Source: Kiritimatiellia bacterium
GTDB lineage: Bacteria > Verrucomicrobiota > Kiritimatiellia > SLAD01
DNA: 46,829 nt
Assembly (NCBI GenBank): GCA_007130845.1
Contig: SLRP01000009.1
Location: 1-46,829, forward strand
Reading direction: 5' to 3'
In this document: one piece after another, positions 1 through 9,858 of the stretch
Layout of the letters: each line of letters starts with the position of its first letter
How positions within the stretch are numbered: the first letter of the stretch is position 1
The notes under the pieces: generated by a model
Told to the model about the DNA's origin: nothing
The model's input: the letters and a program-made list of their open reading frames with translations, nothing else
Database searches by the model: none
Translations under genes and position numbers: made by a program

Positions 1-532
1 GACTCAGGTAGATCATGAATGCCATGATTGCAAACAGCGCGAAACAATCAGCCGCCAATGCCACCAGGCCGTCCGTAACCATCTTCTGCATTGCGTCAAC
101 ATCGGATGTAACCCGGGTCATTAACCGGCCAACGGGTGTGCGGTCCATTATGCGCAGGGGCAGCCGGAGAATTTTGGCGAAGAGATCCGCCCGTATGTCG
201 TAGATTATATGTTCACCGACCCATGCCATCAGGTAGCTCTCGCCGTATCTGAGAAGAAAAGCCAGGGCCGACAGCCCGAGGAAAAATAGAGCAACACGGG
301 TTATACCGGCGAAGCGTTCCTCCATGGACAGCGCCGTATCCTCCGCTATGACATATTCATCAACAGCGGTTTTCAGCAGGACCGGCAGGTACGCCGTTAT
401 TACGGCCATTATCAGAAGTCCGATTACTGCCACAATCACAGCCGTCGTGTATGGTTTGACGTAGCGCAATAATCGGCCCGCGAGACGGCGGTCGAACAGC
501 CTGCCCTGAATCTCTTTTTCCGGAGCGATCAT
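1..532 (-). CDS. ABC exporter permease/ATP-binding protein, N-terminal part (gene continues beyond the left edge)
   Basis: Absent from the ORF track because it has no stop in the window. My translation from the ATG at 532-530 gives MIAPEKEIQGRLFDRRLAGRLLRYVKPYTTAVIVAVIGLLIMAVITAYLPVLLK..., a typical type-I ABC exporter transmembrane-domain start. The ATG lies 1 nt after the TAA (536-534) of the upstream ABC gene. Confidence 0.75.
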   Translation of the reverse strand, partial: MIAPEKEIQGRLFDRRLAGRLLRYVKPYTTAVIVAVIGLLIMAVITAYLPVLLKTAVDEYVIAEDTALSMEERFAGITRVALFFLGLSALAFLLRYGESYLMAWVGEHIIYDIRADLFAKILRLPLRIMDRTPVGRLMTRVTSDVDAMQKMVTDGLVALAADCFALFAIMAFMIYLS

Positions 533-533
533 T

Positions 534-2279
534 TTATACGCCCTCCAGTTCGGATTCGAGGCGCTGGACTTCGTCAAGCTCCTGGTAATATCCGGTCTGC
601 CGAACCAGATCCCGGTGCGGGCCTTTCTGGGTAATGCGGCCGTTTTCGAGGACCACTATGAAATCCGCGTGACGTAATGTTGAGATTCTATGACTTACAA
701 TGATGGATGTGCTTCCCTTGAGCACAGGTCCCAGGCGTTCGAGGATATTGGCCTCGGTCTGTGTATCGATCGCCGAGAAAACGTCGTCGAGTATCAGTAT
801 AGGCGGTTTTCTTGCAATAGCGCGGCTGATGGCGGTGCGCTGGCGCTGGCCTCCTGAGAGGGTAACGCCCCTTTCCCCTAGAACGGTTTGGTATCCGCCC
901 GGAAAATACTCTATATCAGAGCTCAATTGAGCAATATCAGCCGCCCAGAACACCTTTTCCTGGTGAGTTTCCGGAAGACCAAGCGCAATGTTGTTTGCAA
1001 GTGTATCTGAAAAGAGAAACGGCTCCTGGGGCGCCATGCCAATATGAAGCCGCAATTTTTCAACAGGAATGGAGCGGACGTTATGGCCGTCCACTCGTAC
1101 CAGTCCTGAGGTCGGCTCTATAACCCTTGGAATCATCCAGGCCAGAAGGGTTTTTCCGCTGCCGGTGGGACCGGTCAAACCTACTGTTGCGCCGTCCGGA
1201 ATGTCCAGGGTTATATCCTTCAATACATGCATCCCCCTCATCATCAGGTTTACCAGCTCGAATGATACCGCCCCGGTGCGCAGCATTATTGACGAATCGG
1301 TCTGATCCCCGTCCCTTATAGCCGGTTCAGAATCCATTATGGAGCGTATGCGCCGCCAGCTCGCCCCGCCGCGCTGCATGAGATTGACAGTCCATCCCAG
1401 CGCCATCATCGGCCATTGCAGAAGGAACAGGTACTGTGTGAATTGAACGAATTCCCCAATGGTAAGATCACCGTCTACCACCTGTCTTCCACCCACGATC
1501 AGGAGCAGGACGACTCCAAGGGAAAACAGCATGGACATGATAGGCCATAGAGGACGCTCCACACGGCTCAATGCAAGCTTGCGGGCGATATATTCCCCGT
1601 TCAGTCCGGCGAATAAACCTTCCTGGCGGTCTTCCATTCCATAACCCCGTATGGTTCGCACACCGCCGAAACTCTCCTGGGAAAAATTCGAGATTACGGA
1701 AAACTGTTCCTGCGATGCTTCGTATCTCCTGCGAATAACGTTCAGAAGCATGAAGAACAATAGACTTATGCACGGCAACAGAATCAGCATCACCATGGCA
1801 AGCCTGACATTGATCGCCAACATCACGGCGAAAGCCAGGACAAAGCCGAATATGGTGCGGGCTCCCTGCAAAATGCCTTGTCCCACGAATTCACGCACTG
1901 AAGTCAGATCGGAGGTCATCTTGGTCATCAGGTCGCCGGTGCGTTCCCGGCTGTAGAAGGAGTGGTCCAGCCGTGTAAGATGATCAAACACATCACGCCT
2001 GATATCGTATTCTACATGATGGCTTAATGAGAGCAGTACGCGCCTCATTTTGAACGCGAAAACGCCTGATACCGCGGCCGCGATCACGTAAGCCGCCGAA
2101 TAGAATATCACTCCTCCAACACTGATAATCCCCTCATTGAGATCGTCTATTGCGAACCGGGTTATGAACGGTATTCCCACAGACATCAATACGCTGGCCA
2201 GCACAAGCATTACGCCTATTACCCATTCTCTGCGGCAGGCAAGTATATAGGTTTTGAGAGATTTTCCTTTCGAACTCAT
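534..2279 (-). CDS. ABC exporter, fused permease/ATP-binding protein (MsbA/multidrug type); likely heterodimer partner of the downstream gene
   Basis: 581 aa with an N-terminal six-helix-like hydrophobic domain. Walker A is GPTGSGKT, ABC signature LSGGQRQR, Walker B ILILDD. Confidence 0.9.
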   Translation of the reverse strand: MSSKGKSLKTYILACRREWVIGVMLVLASVLMSVGIPFITRFAIDDLNEGIISVGGVIFYSAAYVIAAAVSGVFAFKMRRVLLSLSHHVEYDIRRDVFDHLTRLDHSFYSRERTGDLMTKMTSDLTSVREFVGQGILQGARTIFGFVLAFAVMLAINVRLAMVMLILLPCISLLFFMLLNVIRRRYEASQEQFSVISNFSQESFGGVRTIRGYGMEDRQEGLFAGLNGEYIARKLALSRVERPLWPIMSMLFSLGVVLLLIVGGRQVVDGDLTIGEFVQFTQYLFLLQWPMMALGWTVNLMQRGGASWRRIRSIMDSEPAIRDGDQTDSSIMLRTGAVSFELVNLMMRGMHVLKDITLDIPDGATVGLTGPTGSGKTLLAWMIPRVIEPTSGLVRVDGHNVRSIPVEKLRLHIGMAPQEPFLFSDTLANNIALGLPETHQEKVFWAADIAQLSSDIEYFPGGYQTVLGERGVTLSGGQRQRTAISRAIARKPPILILDDVFSAIDTQTEANILERLGPVLKGSTSIIVSHRISTLRHADFIVVLENGRITQKGPHRDLVRQTGYYQELDEVQRLESELEGV

Positions 2280-2458
2280 ATTGACATGGGTGTGTTGTCC
2301 ACGTGCTTTGATAACATGGGACTAGCGTACCGAAGGCCGGGATGTTGTCGATATTTTACTCTTCAGCGCCGTTTGGAGCAGGAAGTTTTCCAGCGTTCTC
2401 TGGAATAAACTGGGATACATGGTCATTATATGATAATTCGAGCATGAGGGGAATGGAT

Positions 2459-3070
2459 ATGAAGAAGATCATTTGTTTCGGAGACACTGTAACCGAGATG
2501 GGGCTTTCGCTGGAATACGGCGGATATGTTGCGAGGTTGTCGGAGCGTTATATCCGTCGTGCCGATGTCTTATGCCGCGGTTTCGCAGGATTCACCACCC
2601 GGGAAGCGATTGATATCCTGTATTCGGCGGTATTGAAAGAGCACCCGGATGTTGCAATAGTATCGTTCGGAATTCACGATTCCGTTCTGTCAGAACATAA
2701 GGACCATGTGCCTCCGGAAGAATACAAATCCAACCTACAGGAAATTATTTCCCGGATAGCGTGGTCGGGAGCATGGATGATCGTAGCAACCCCTCCTCCG
2801 GTAGATGAGCGAATAACCCGTATCAGGAGAATGAATCTCACTGCCCGGTATGTTGAGGCCTGCCATGAAATAGGCATTGAGATGCAGGTGCCGGTTATAG
2901 ACCTGTTCGATATGGTACAGAAGGAGCCGGACTGGAAAGAAACATGCATGCTCGATGGGATATATCTTGCCAAACGAGGAATGGGGATATTTTATGATTC
3001 ATTGATTCCGCAGCTGGATAAGATAAAACCATTGGACCGCATGAAGAGGCTTTCTGTGGAAGGGCTCTAA
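2459..3070 (+). CDS. SGNH/GDSL-family hydrolase (esterase/lipase-like)
   Basis: N-terminus MKKIICFGDTVTE carries the block I GDS-type motif. GFAGFTT and GIHDS blocks follow. GAGGGG lies 7 nt upstream of the ATG at 2459; in-frame upstream starts at 2342 and 2444 are less likely. Confidence 0.75.
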   Translation: MKKIICFGDTVTEMGLSLEYGGYVARLSERYIRRADVLCRGFAGFTTREAIDILYSAVLKEHPDVAIVSFGIHDSVLSEHKDHVPPEEYKSNLQEIISRIAWSGAWMIVATPPPVDERITRIRRMNLTARYVEACHEIGIEMQVPVIDLFDMVQKEPDWKETCMLDGIYLAKRGMGIFYDSLIPQLDKIKPLDRMKRLSVEGL

Positions 3071-3084
3071 TAGGGATTAACACA

Positions 3085-3858
3085 ATGAAAATCGCAACAT
3101 TCAACGTCAATTCCGTACGCTCGCGCGAGCAGATACTGCTCGACTGGATCAGAGAAAACAGTCCGGATATCCTGTGCTTGCAGGAGACCAAGGTCCCTGA
3201 CGAGTCATTTCCCCTGGATGTATTCCGTAAAGCTGGATATTCGGCAACATACAGGGGGGAAAAATCCTATAACGGGGTTGCCATTCTCAGCCGAAAACTA
3301 CCGGGACATTTGAGTTTCGGTTTTAATAAAGGGCAGGCATCAGATGAAACCAGAGTCCAGCGGGCAGATTTTGACGGATTCACGGTTGTTAATACATATG
3401 TTCCCCAGGGACGCAGCATTGATCACCCCATGTACCGGCACAAACTTGATTGGCTTAAGAAGTTGCGGGCATGGTTTGACGAAAATTTCAAAAAAAATGA
3501 CAAGGTCATTTGGGTGGGTGACATGAACGTGGCTCGCACACACATGGATGTTCATAATCCTGAAGAACGCGATACCCACGTATGTTATCACGAGGATGCG
3601 CGAAAGGCTTTTGAACATTGCATTGAGTGGGGTTTCGAAGATGTATTTAGAAAGTTCCATCCCGACCCCGGCCATTACACCTTCTTCGATTACCGCAATC
3701 CTCAGAATGTCCGACGCAGAAGAGGATGGAGAGTGGACTATATACTTGCAAGCCGGCCTGCGATCAAGACGGCAAAGGATGCCTGGATAGATCTGGGACC
3801 ACGCCTTCAATCCAAGCCGTCCGACCACACGGTCCTGGTATCGGAATTCGACTTATAG
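3085..3858 (+). CDS. xthA: Exodeoxyribonuclease III (AP endonuclease)
   Basis: MKIATFNVNSVRSR...DILCLQETK and a C-terminal SDHTV motif, with the typical length of 257 aa. Confidence 0.9.
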   Translation: MKIATFNVNSVRSREQILLDWIRENSPDILCLQETKVPDESFPLDVFRKAGYSATYRGEKSYNGVAILSRKLPGHLSFGFNKGQASDETRVQRADFDGFTVVNTYVPQGRSIDHPMYRHKLDWLKKLRAWFDENFKKNDKVIWVGDMNVARTHMDVHNPEERDTHVCYHEDARKAFEHCIEWGFEDVFRKFHPDPGHYTFFDYRNPQNVRRRRGWRVDYILASRPAIKTAKDAWIDLGPRLQSKPSDHTVLVSEFDL

Positions 3859-4608
3859 ATTCATGTATGCTGTCAACTGCACGGTGGCGATAAAATTGAC
3901 CAGCATGTGAATAAGAATGGGTATGTACAAAGTGTTGTACCTAACCTTGATTATACCCAGTGCGATACCCAGAAGAAAGATCGCTGTCACGTCGAACACG
4001 TCGTATTGCAGGTGCAGCGCTGCCCAGACGGCTGAGGTCATCAAGATCGCTCCGGCTGCGCCCGGCAGCGAATGCCGGATGCCCTCGAACATGAACCCCC
4101 TGAACAGCAACTCTTCAATTACCGGCGCAACAAGAATAATCACTATATATAGAAGCGGGCGGAAACATGCTGTCTCATAAATCGCGATCATGAAATCGGG
4201 AAGAATCGGACGGTCCAGAGCAACGCTTGCCATGTCATATACGATTGTCAGCCCAAGTATAATGAGAATCGATACCAGCATTGCGCGCGCGGTGAACCTG
4301 TTGAGAGACAGATACTCGAATACGGGAGCGCGGCGTATTCTGATAAACAGGACGATCAGCCCTAATACAACCGGCGCCTCAATCAAGCTGAACACGGACA
4401 GAAAGCACCCGTCATAATGAAGGTTGTTGAAAATGTCTGCGGAATTTGTCTCAGGATCCGCAGCGACAACTACAGGAACATAAATATGGGCCGTAAAGAC
4501 ACTCAGGACGATAGTAGCAAGCATGATCAAAGCCGTGAAACCCGTTGTCGCCCAGAATCCCCACCAGAGGAAAGACGTTTGAGGGGATTGTGTGCTGTTG
4601 CCGGACAT
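3853..4608 (-). CDS. CPBP family intramembrane glutamic endopeptidase (CAAX protease-like)
   Basis: Polytopic membrane protein with the EELLFRG motif and downstream His motifs (AALHLQ, ILIHMLVNF). It converges on xthA with a 6-nt overlap. Confidence 0.8.
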   Translation of the reverse strand: MSGNSTQSPQTSFLWWGFWATTGFTALIMLATIVLSVFTAHIYVPVVVAADPETNSADIFNNLHYDGCFLSVFSLIEAPVVLGLIVLFIRIRRAPVFEYLSLNRFTARAMLVSILIILGLTIVYDMASVALDRPILPDFMIAIYETACFRPLLYIVIILVAPVIEELLFRGFMFEGIRHSLPGAAGAILMTSAVWAALHLQYDVFDVTAIFLLGIALGIIKVRYNTLYIPILIHMLVNFIATVQLTAYMNL

Positions 4609-4715
4609 AAGGTGTAGGATTTATCGCGTTGGAGCGCCTTATTCAGTATTTCCGCGGTTTCCCTCCCGGAGCCTGTCTGATGAGGGGGCTTTGTTTGTAG
4701 CACAGTCCATGTCGT

Positions 4716-6314
4716 CTATCCCATCACGCGCGATTGGCGGACATTGAATATCAGCTGGTTGCTTTGTCTGATATGAGTGTCTATGTTAACGCGGTCCGGG
4801 GCCTCGTCGCTTACAGACTTGAGCAGTTCAATGGCCTTCCGGCTTTTCTTTTCAACTTCGTCCAGCAGAGGCTGATCGCGCTGTTCCAGAAAAGTCTGAA
4901 ATATTTGGTCGGCTTCATGCAAGAGCTTCATTGCTTTCACATATTCCGGATTATCCCAGCCAAACTTTTGCTCTATGCGTGATACGGACGCCTGTTCGGA
5001 ATCCTGATGCCGCTGTGGCTCTTCCATGGTTTCCGGGGATTCAGGAGGTTCCGGAGCCTCCCGGGGCTCGGGGTTGAACGGTTCGGGTTCGGGATCGGCA
5101 TCATGCTCGGGTTCGATGACGGCTTCACGCGGCGCTTCAGTCGCAACGGGTTCAGGGCTTACGTCCCCCCTGTCCGAGTGATGAAGTGCATAGAAGGTTC
5201 CTCCATAGAGGCCGGCCGCCATGATTGCGAGAAACAACATCATACTGAAGGCCCTCTGGATGCTTTCGGGACGGCGTCGCGTGATTTTAGGGACGGAGTC
5301 CCAGCAGTTTCGTGTGATGTGAGGCACGACTGGAGTGTGACTTTCAGAGGCGCCTTCCTTCCTTAAAGGAATTGTCTTGTCTTTGGATGTGCTATCAGCG
5401 GAACTCAGTTGCGAAAGAGTAGCGTGCTCCCGTTCAGGCGACCGGTCAATTGTACTAGACCCCTGTCGAGGAAAATCGCCCGAAGGCAGACGGCCATTCC
5501 TTATTGCGTCCAGATCGCGAAGGACTTCCTTCCAGCTTTGATACCGGAGTTCCCGGTCCTTGATTAACATTTTTTCCATCAGCCAGGCGGCCCCGTTGCT
5601 GATTTCCGGGCGAAGACTCTGGGGATCCGGTATTTGTCCGGTTATCTGTTCATCCATTGCCTCCATGCCGTCTTTGGACTCAAAAGGCAATAGGCCGGTC
5701 AATATGTGATACAATGAGGCGCCAAGCCCGTATATGTCGGTACGGCAGTCCAGGTCTTCCACTCCCATAGCCTGTTCGGTTGATGCATAGTTCGGTGTGC
5801 CTATAATATGTCCGTGATCGATCGATCTTGAGGCATGCTCAATGGCGCGAGCCAGTCCCAGGTCTGCAATACGCACGCGGCCCTCATCATCTATCAGGAT
5901 ATTATCGGGTTTTATATCGCAGTGTATAACCCTGGACCGGTCCCACAGGGCATCCATGATAGAAGCCACTTCGGCTGCAATGGACTGGGCTTCCTTTTCG
6001 GGAAATGCGCCCTCATTTACAAGCTTCTTTCCGACGGAGTATCCGTGAATGTACTCCATGACGTAATACACCAGGCCATTATGTTCACCTGCGTCGAAAA
6101 TTTCGACCAGGCCGGGGTGACGAAACCGGGCTGCAGCCCGTGCTTCTTCCCTGAACCTTTCGATATCGTCGGGATCCTCGATAACACCTGGATTCAAAAT
6201 CTTGAGCGCTACAATCCTGTCCAGCGAAAGCTGGCGCGCCTTCCATATGGTGGCCATGCCGCCCTCGGCAACCTTCTCCAATATTTCGTATCCCGGTATT
6301 TCCAGTTTGCCCAT
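4716..6314 (-). CDS. Ser/Thr protein kinase with one transmembrane helix and a C-terminal extracytoplasmic region
   Basis: Hanks kinase motifs are present: GGMATIWKA...ALKIL, HCDIKPDNILI, DLGLAR, GTPNYAS. The TM helix is AFSMMLFLAIMAAGLYGGTFYAL, followed by a Pro/Glu-rich linker. Start is taken at MGKLEIPGYEIL (GAGGGA about 8 nt upstream); the ORF extends to 6386. Confidence 0.85.
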   Translation of the reverse strand: MGKLEIPGYEILEKVAEGGMATIWKARQLSLDRIVALKILNPGVIEDPDDIERFREEARAAARFRHPGLVEIFDAGEHNGLVYYVMEYIHGYSVGKKLVNEGAFPEKEAQSIAAEVASIMDALWDRSRVIHCDIKPDNILIDDEGRVRIADLGLARAIEHASRSIDHGHIIGTPNYASTEQAMGVEDLDCRTDIYGLGASLYHILTGLLPFESKDGMEAMDEQITGQIPDPQSLRPEISNGAAWLMEKMLIKDRELRYQSWKEVLRDLDAIRNGRLPSGDFPRQGSSTIDRSPEREHATLSQLSSADSTSKDKTIPLRKEGASESHTPVVPHITRNCWDSVPKITRRRPESIQRAFSMMLFLAIMAAGLYGGTFYALHHSDRGDVSPEPVATEAPREAVIEPEHDADPEPEPFNPEPREAPEPPESPETMEEPQRHQDSEQASVSRIEQKFGWDNPEYVKAMKLLHEADQIFQTFLEQRDQPLLDEVEKKSRKAIELLKSVSDEAPDRVNIDTHIRQSNQLIFNVRQSRVMG

Positions 6315-6561
6315 TAGTTGTCCCTCAACCATCGAACCAGATAAACTACGCTTTCTTGAGGGGATTTCGCAACCCGAATACGTCATGGAATCTTCATGCC
6401 GATCATCGCCGTAACCCTTTTAAGACTTCCGGGCATTTATACATTTTCCAGGATATGGTGAGAAGGGGAGGATGCCCTCGATAAAATATAAGCCCATCAA
6501 ACGATTATTATTGTAAAGGGTCCGTGCATATCCTATTCGATACGGATCAAAGGTTTTTATC

Positions 6562-7158
6562 ATGGTTGAGCTTTGGCAAGAGTACGGATATGCATGGGTG
6601 ATCCTTCCTGCGCTTATTTTTTTGGCTCGAATCCTGGATGTTAGTATCGGAACCCTTCGTGTAATTTTTCTGGCAAAGGGCGCCAAGATACCTGCTTCCG
6701 CCACGGGTTTCTTCGAGGCCCTGATATGGCTTATAATTATCAGCCAGGTCATACAGAATCTTGGGAATTTCATGAGTTTCATCGGCTATGCAGGAGGGTT
6801 TGCCGCCGGGACTTATGTAGGCATGAAGATAGAGGAACGCATGGCCATCGGTAATGTGGTCGTTCGGGTCATAACGGGTCAACCCGCCGATGAGCTTGTA
6901 GAGGCAATACGCTCGGAACGTTTCGGAGTAACCAGTGTGCCTGCCGAAGGCACGACCGGCCCGGTGCGAATTCTGTTCATGGTTGTCAACCGATCACGGA
7001 TAAAAAAGGTGATCGACCTGATCAACCGGCATAATCCTAAGGCCTTTTACTCCATTGAAGACGTTCGGCATGTGCGTGAAGGAATTTTTTCCGCGTCGCA
7101 GCAGTCATCGGTGGGAAACATGACATATGCATGGCGGCATATGCTCAAGGGAAAGTGA
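6562..7158 (+). CDS. UPF0316/DUF2179-family membrane protein
   Basis: N-terminal TM helices with the LDVSIGTLRVIFLAKG motif, and a C-terminal soluble domain (ITGQPADELVEAIR...GVTSVPAEG) typical of the UPF0316 family. Confidence 0.65.
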   Translation: MVELWQEYGYAWVILPALIFLARILDVSIGTLRVIFLAKGAKIPASATGFFEALIWLIIISQVIQNLGNFMSFIGYAGGFAAGTYVGMKIEERMAIGNVVVRVITGQPADELVEAIRSERFGVTSVPAEGTTGPVRILFMVVNRSRIKKVIDLINRHNPKAFYSIEDVRHVREGIFSASQQSSVGNMTYAWRHMLKGK

Positions 7159-7758
7159 TCACCCTGCCACTTCGCGTAGCATTTCCGTCCATTTGAGACG
7201 CGCCGCATCCAATGCTCTGGCACGATGGGATATGCGGTTTTTAGTTTCGGGATCCAGTTCCGCGAATGTTTGATCGTGGCCATCAGGTATGAAGACCGGG
7301 TCATATCCGAATCCCTGGACTCCGCGAGGTTTGTCCGATATTACTCCCTCGCATGTTCCACTGACGGTTTCGACCATGCCGTCCGGAGAGGCGAGGGCAA
7401 GAACGCATCGGAATTTCGCGCGGCGATTGGTTTCTCCATCCAGCTCGTCCAGCAATTTCCTGTTGTTTGCGTTATAATCGGCCTCAGGGCCGGCATAGCG
7501 TGCGGAATACACTCCTGGGGCTCCGCCCAAGGCCTCCACTTCAAGCCCCGAATCGTCGGCAAGCGTCCACCATCCCATGAGGCGCGATGGCTCCAAAGCC
7601 TTTTTTATCGCATTTGCCTGAAGGGTGTCTGCGTCTTCAATAACCTGCGGAATATCCGGCACCTCGCGTGAACCTACCAGCTCCAGTCCATCGATATCAA
7701 AGATTGCGCGAATTTCCTTAAGCTTACCCGGATTGTGTGTTGCGATAAGGAGTTTCAT
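7159..7758 (-). CDS. rdgB: dITP/XTP pyrophosphatase (RdgB/HAM1 family)
   Basis: MKLLIATHNPGKLKEI..., FGYDPVFIP and SHRARAL motifs. Start is at the second Met (ATG 7758-7756). Confidence 0.9.
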   Translation of the reverse strand: MKLLIATHNPGKLKEIRAIFDIDGLELVGSREVPDIPQVIEDADTLQANAIKKALEPSRLMGWWTLADDSGLEVEALGGAPGVYSARYAGPEADYNANNRKLLDELDGETNRRAKFRCVLALASPDGMVETVSGTCEGVISDKPRGVQGFGYDPVFIPDGHDQTFAELDPETKNRISHRARALDAARLKWTEMLREVAG

Positions 7759-7823
7759 ATATGACTGGTATAATGTAAGTGGCTTCAATAATCTGCAAGA
7801 AGGTTATTGCATTTCCAATAATT

Positions 7824-8525
7824 ATGAACGGGGAATACCATAAAATCCGGGGCCCGGAACCGATTGCCATTATTTTCGAGGATAACCACCTGTTGGTTGT
7901 AGAGAAGCCCAGGAATATTCCTGCGCAGGCGGATCGCACCAATGATCCGGATATGCTGACGCTTCTTAAGTCGGATCTGAAGTCCCGTTACAACAAACCC
8001 GGCAATGTTTTTCTGGGACTGGTACACCGTCTGGATCGTCCGGTGGGGGGTGTCATGGTATTTGCAAAGACATCAAAGGCGGCATCGCGGTTATCCGGTC
8101 AGATAAGGCAACGCGCCTTTCATAAGATCTATCTGGCGGTCGTGCATGGATGTCCGCAACCGCGTTCGGGAACCTTGGAAAGTTATTTAATAAAGGACAC
8201 GCAAACAAACACGGTCAAGACCGCCGGGAGCGATGCTAACGGAGCCAGGCACGCACTGCTTAACTACAGCGTCAAGCGTGAGGGTGCAGACTTGAGCCTG
8301 GTACGCATCGATCTGCATACGGGGCGTCCGCACCAGATTCGTGTTCAATTCGCGGAGATCGGATGTCCACTGCATGGCGACGGGAAATACGGCCCGGAAC
8401 GGATCGAAGCAGGGCGGCATATCGCACTGTGGTCGCATGAACTTTGCTTCATGCATCCCACAAGGGGGGAATCGGTAAGCTTCACAAGCAATCCTCCGAA
8501 AGGATTCCCATGGACTGCGGTATGA
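7824..8525 (+). CDS. RluA-family pseudouridine synthase (no S4 domain)
   Basis: HRLDRPVGGVMVFAKT (catalytic Asp motif) and GRPHQIRVQ. Start is chosen at MNGEYHK by analogy with RluA N-termini; the ORF opens at 7779. Confidence 0.85.
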   Translation: MNGEYHKIRGPEPIAIIFEDNHLLVVEKPRNIPAQADRTNDPDMLTLLKSDLKSRYNKPGNVFLGLVHRLDRPVGGVMVFAKTSKAASRLSGQIRQRAFHKIYLAVVHGCPQPRSGTLESYLIKDTQTNTVKTAGSDANGARHALLNYSVKREGADLSLVRIDLHTGRPHQIRVQFAEIGCPLHGDGKYGPERIEAGRHIALWSHELCFMHPTRGESVSFTSNPPKGFPWTAV

Positions 8526-8564
8526 ATACCCGCCGTTGGGAGACATGACGTTGTAACCAGTCTG

Positions 8565-9662
8565 TTAGCCCGGGTTCAATCCCCGCGCCGTGCCATGCTT
8601 GTAGAAGGGGAGTTGGGTGGTTACTGCGCGCAAGGTTTTCCCTCGCATATTTATCTCCAGCGTGTTGCCGGGTTCGCAGAGGTCCTTTTCCAGATAGGCC
8701 ATGGCCACGGCAACTCCCAGACTGGGCGCCAGGGATCCGCTGGTGATTTCCCCTGCCTCGCGCCCTTCATGCCATACCTTGTCGCTAGCGCGAGCGGCAC
8801 GCCTGCCTTCAAGCTGGAGTCCGGCAAGATAATGGGTGACACCGGTTTCCAACTCGTGTGAAACAGCATCCTTTCCTATGAAATCCTTGCTCATGTCCAT
8901 GAACCGGCCCCGTGTCGCCGCTACCGGGGTGCGGTTTATGGATAGTTCATGCCCGTATAACGGGTAACCGACTTCAAGGCGCAATGTGTCCCTGGCGCCC
9001 AGTCCGGCTGGTTTGATAACTCCGCCCGCAAGGAGACGGTCCCATATGTCTCCTGCATGCTCCGCAGGGAAATACAATTCATATCCCCATTCACCGGTGT
9101 AGCCGGTACGGCTGACAAGGCAGGAAACGCCGCCTATTGTTATCTCGTCAAAACGAAAAAATTTCAGATCCGGCAACGCAATGCCCAGAGCCGACTCTGT
9201 TGCCTCGCGGGAAACAGGTCCCTGAATGTCCAGTTTGGCTGTCTCGGAAGACAAATCACGGAAAGTGGTTTCGGATGTAATATGGGATAGTATCCATTCG
9301 CGGCAGTTATCCAGCGTTCCGGCATTCACCACCAGAACGAAATGATCAGATCCACGACGGTAACAGGTTAGATCGTCTATTATCCCTCCGTTTTCCTGAA
9401 GCATGAAGCCATACCGGCACTGGCCGGTCTTTATTGAGGAAACCGACTGGGTCAGGAGGCGTTCCAGATCGGATTCGGCAGAGGGTCCGGAAAGCTCGAA
9501 TTCCCCCATGTGACAGGTATCGAATAGCGACGCCTTGCCGCGGGTATGCTGATGTTCGGCCAGAATGCCCTCATATTGGATGGGCATTTCCCAGCCGGCG
9601 AAGGGGGCCACACGGGCGTTAAGAGTGACATGCCGTTCATACAAGGGGGTACGTTTGTTCAT
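8565..9662 (-). CDS. gcvT: Glycine cleavage system aminomethyltransferase (T protein)
   Basis: MNKRTPLYERH...FAGWEMPIQY...HTRGKASLFDTCHMGEF, typical length. GGAAG lies 5 nt upstream of the ATG at 9662-9660. Confidence 0.9.
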   Translation of the reverse strand: MNKRTPLYERHVTLNARVAPFAGWEMPIQYEGILAEHQHTRGKASLFDTCHMGEFELSGPSAESDLERLLTQSVSSIKTGQCRYGFMLQENGGIIDDLTCYRRGSDHFVLVVNAGTLDNCREWILSHITSETTFRDLSSETAKLDIQGPVSREATESALGIALPDLKFFRFDEITIGGVSCLVSRTGYTGEWGYELYFPAEHAGDIWDRLLAGGVIKPAGLGARDTLRLEVGYPLYGHELSINRTPVAATRGRFMDMSKDFIGKDAVSHELETGVTHYLAGLQLEGRRAARASDKVWHEGREAGEITSGSLAPSLGVAVAMAYLEKDLCEPGNTLEINMRGKTLRAVTTQLPFYKHGTARGLNPG

Positions 9663-9858
9663 AATGTCTTCCATATTGATCGAAAGCGGGCGGCCGGTCA
9701 ACAGTTGCTCAAATCCGGTTTGAAAAGCGTGAGGTATATTGCTACTATAATTCGCGAAGAAAGGAAAACGTTCTTTCAATGACGAAATATTGAGTTTCGC
9801 TCATGGACGAAATCGCAATATTGACGAATGCGCAACGTTGCAATAAGGAGATAACGTT

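Noticed and set aside
8571-8597. tRNA-like GGGTTCAATCCCC...GCCA string suggesting a T-arm and acceptor end.
   Set aside because: The T-stem would have a mismatch, and no complementary 5' acceptor strand lies about 65 nt upstream. The string also lies in frame within the gcvT C-terminal coding sequence (…GTARGLNPG).
9663-9858. Possible glycine riboswitch upstream of gcvT.
   Set aside because: I reverse-complemented the leader and found none of the conserved GGAGAG / ACCGAAGGGGCAA-type elements. No tandem aptamer architecture is visible either.
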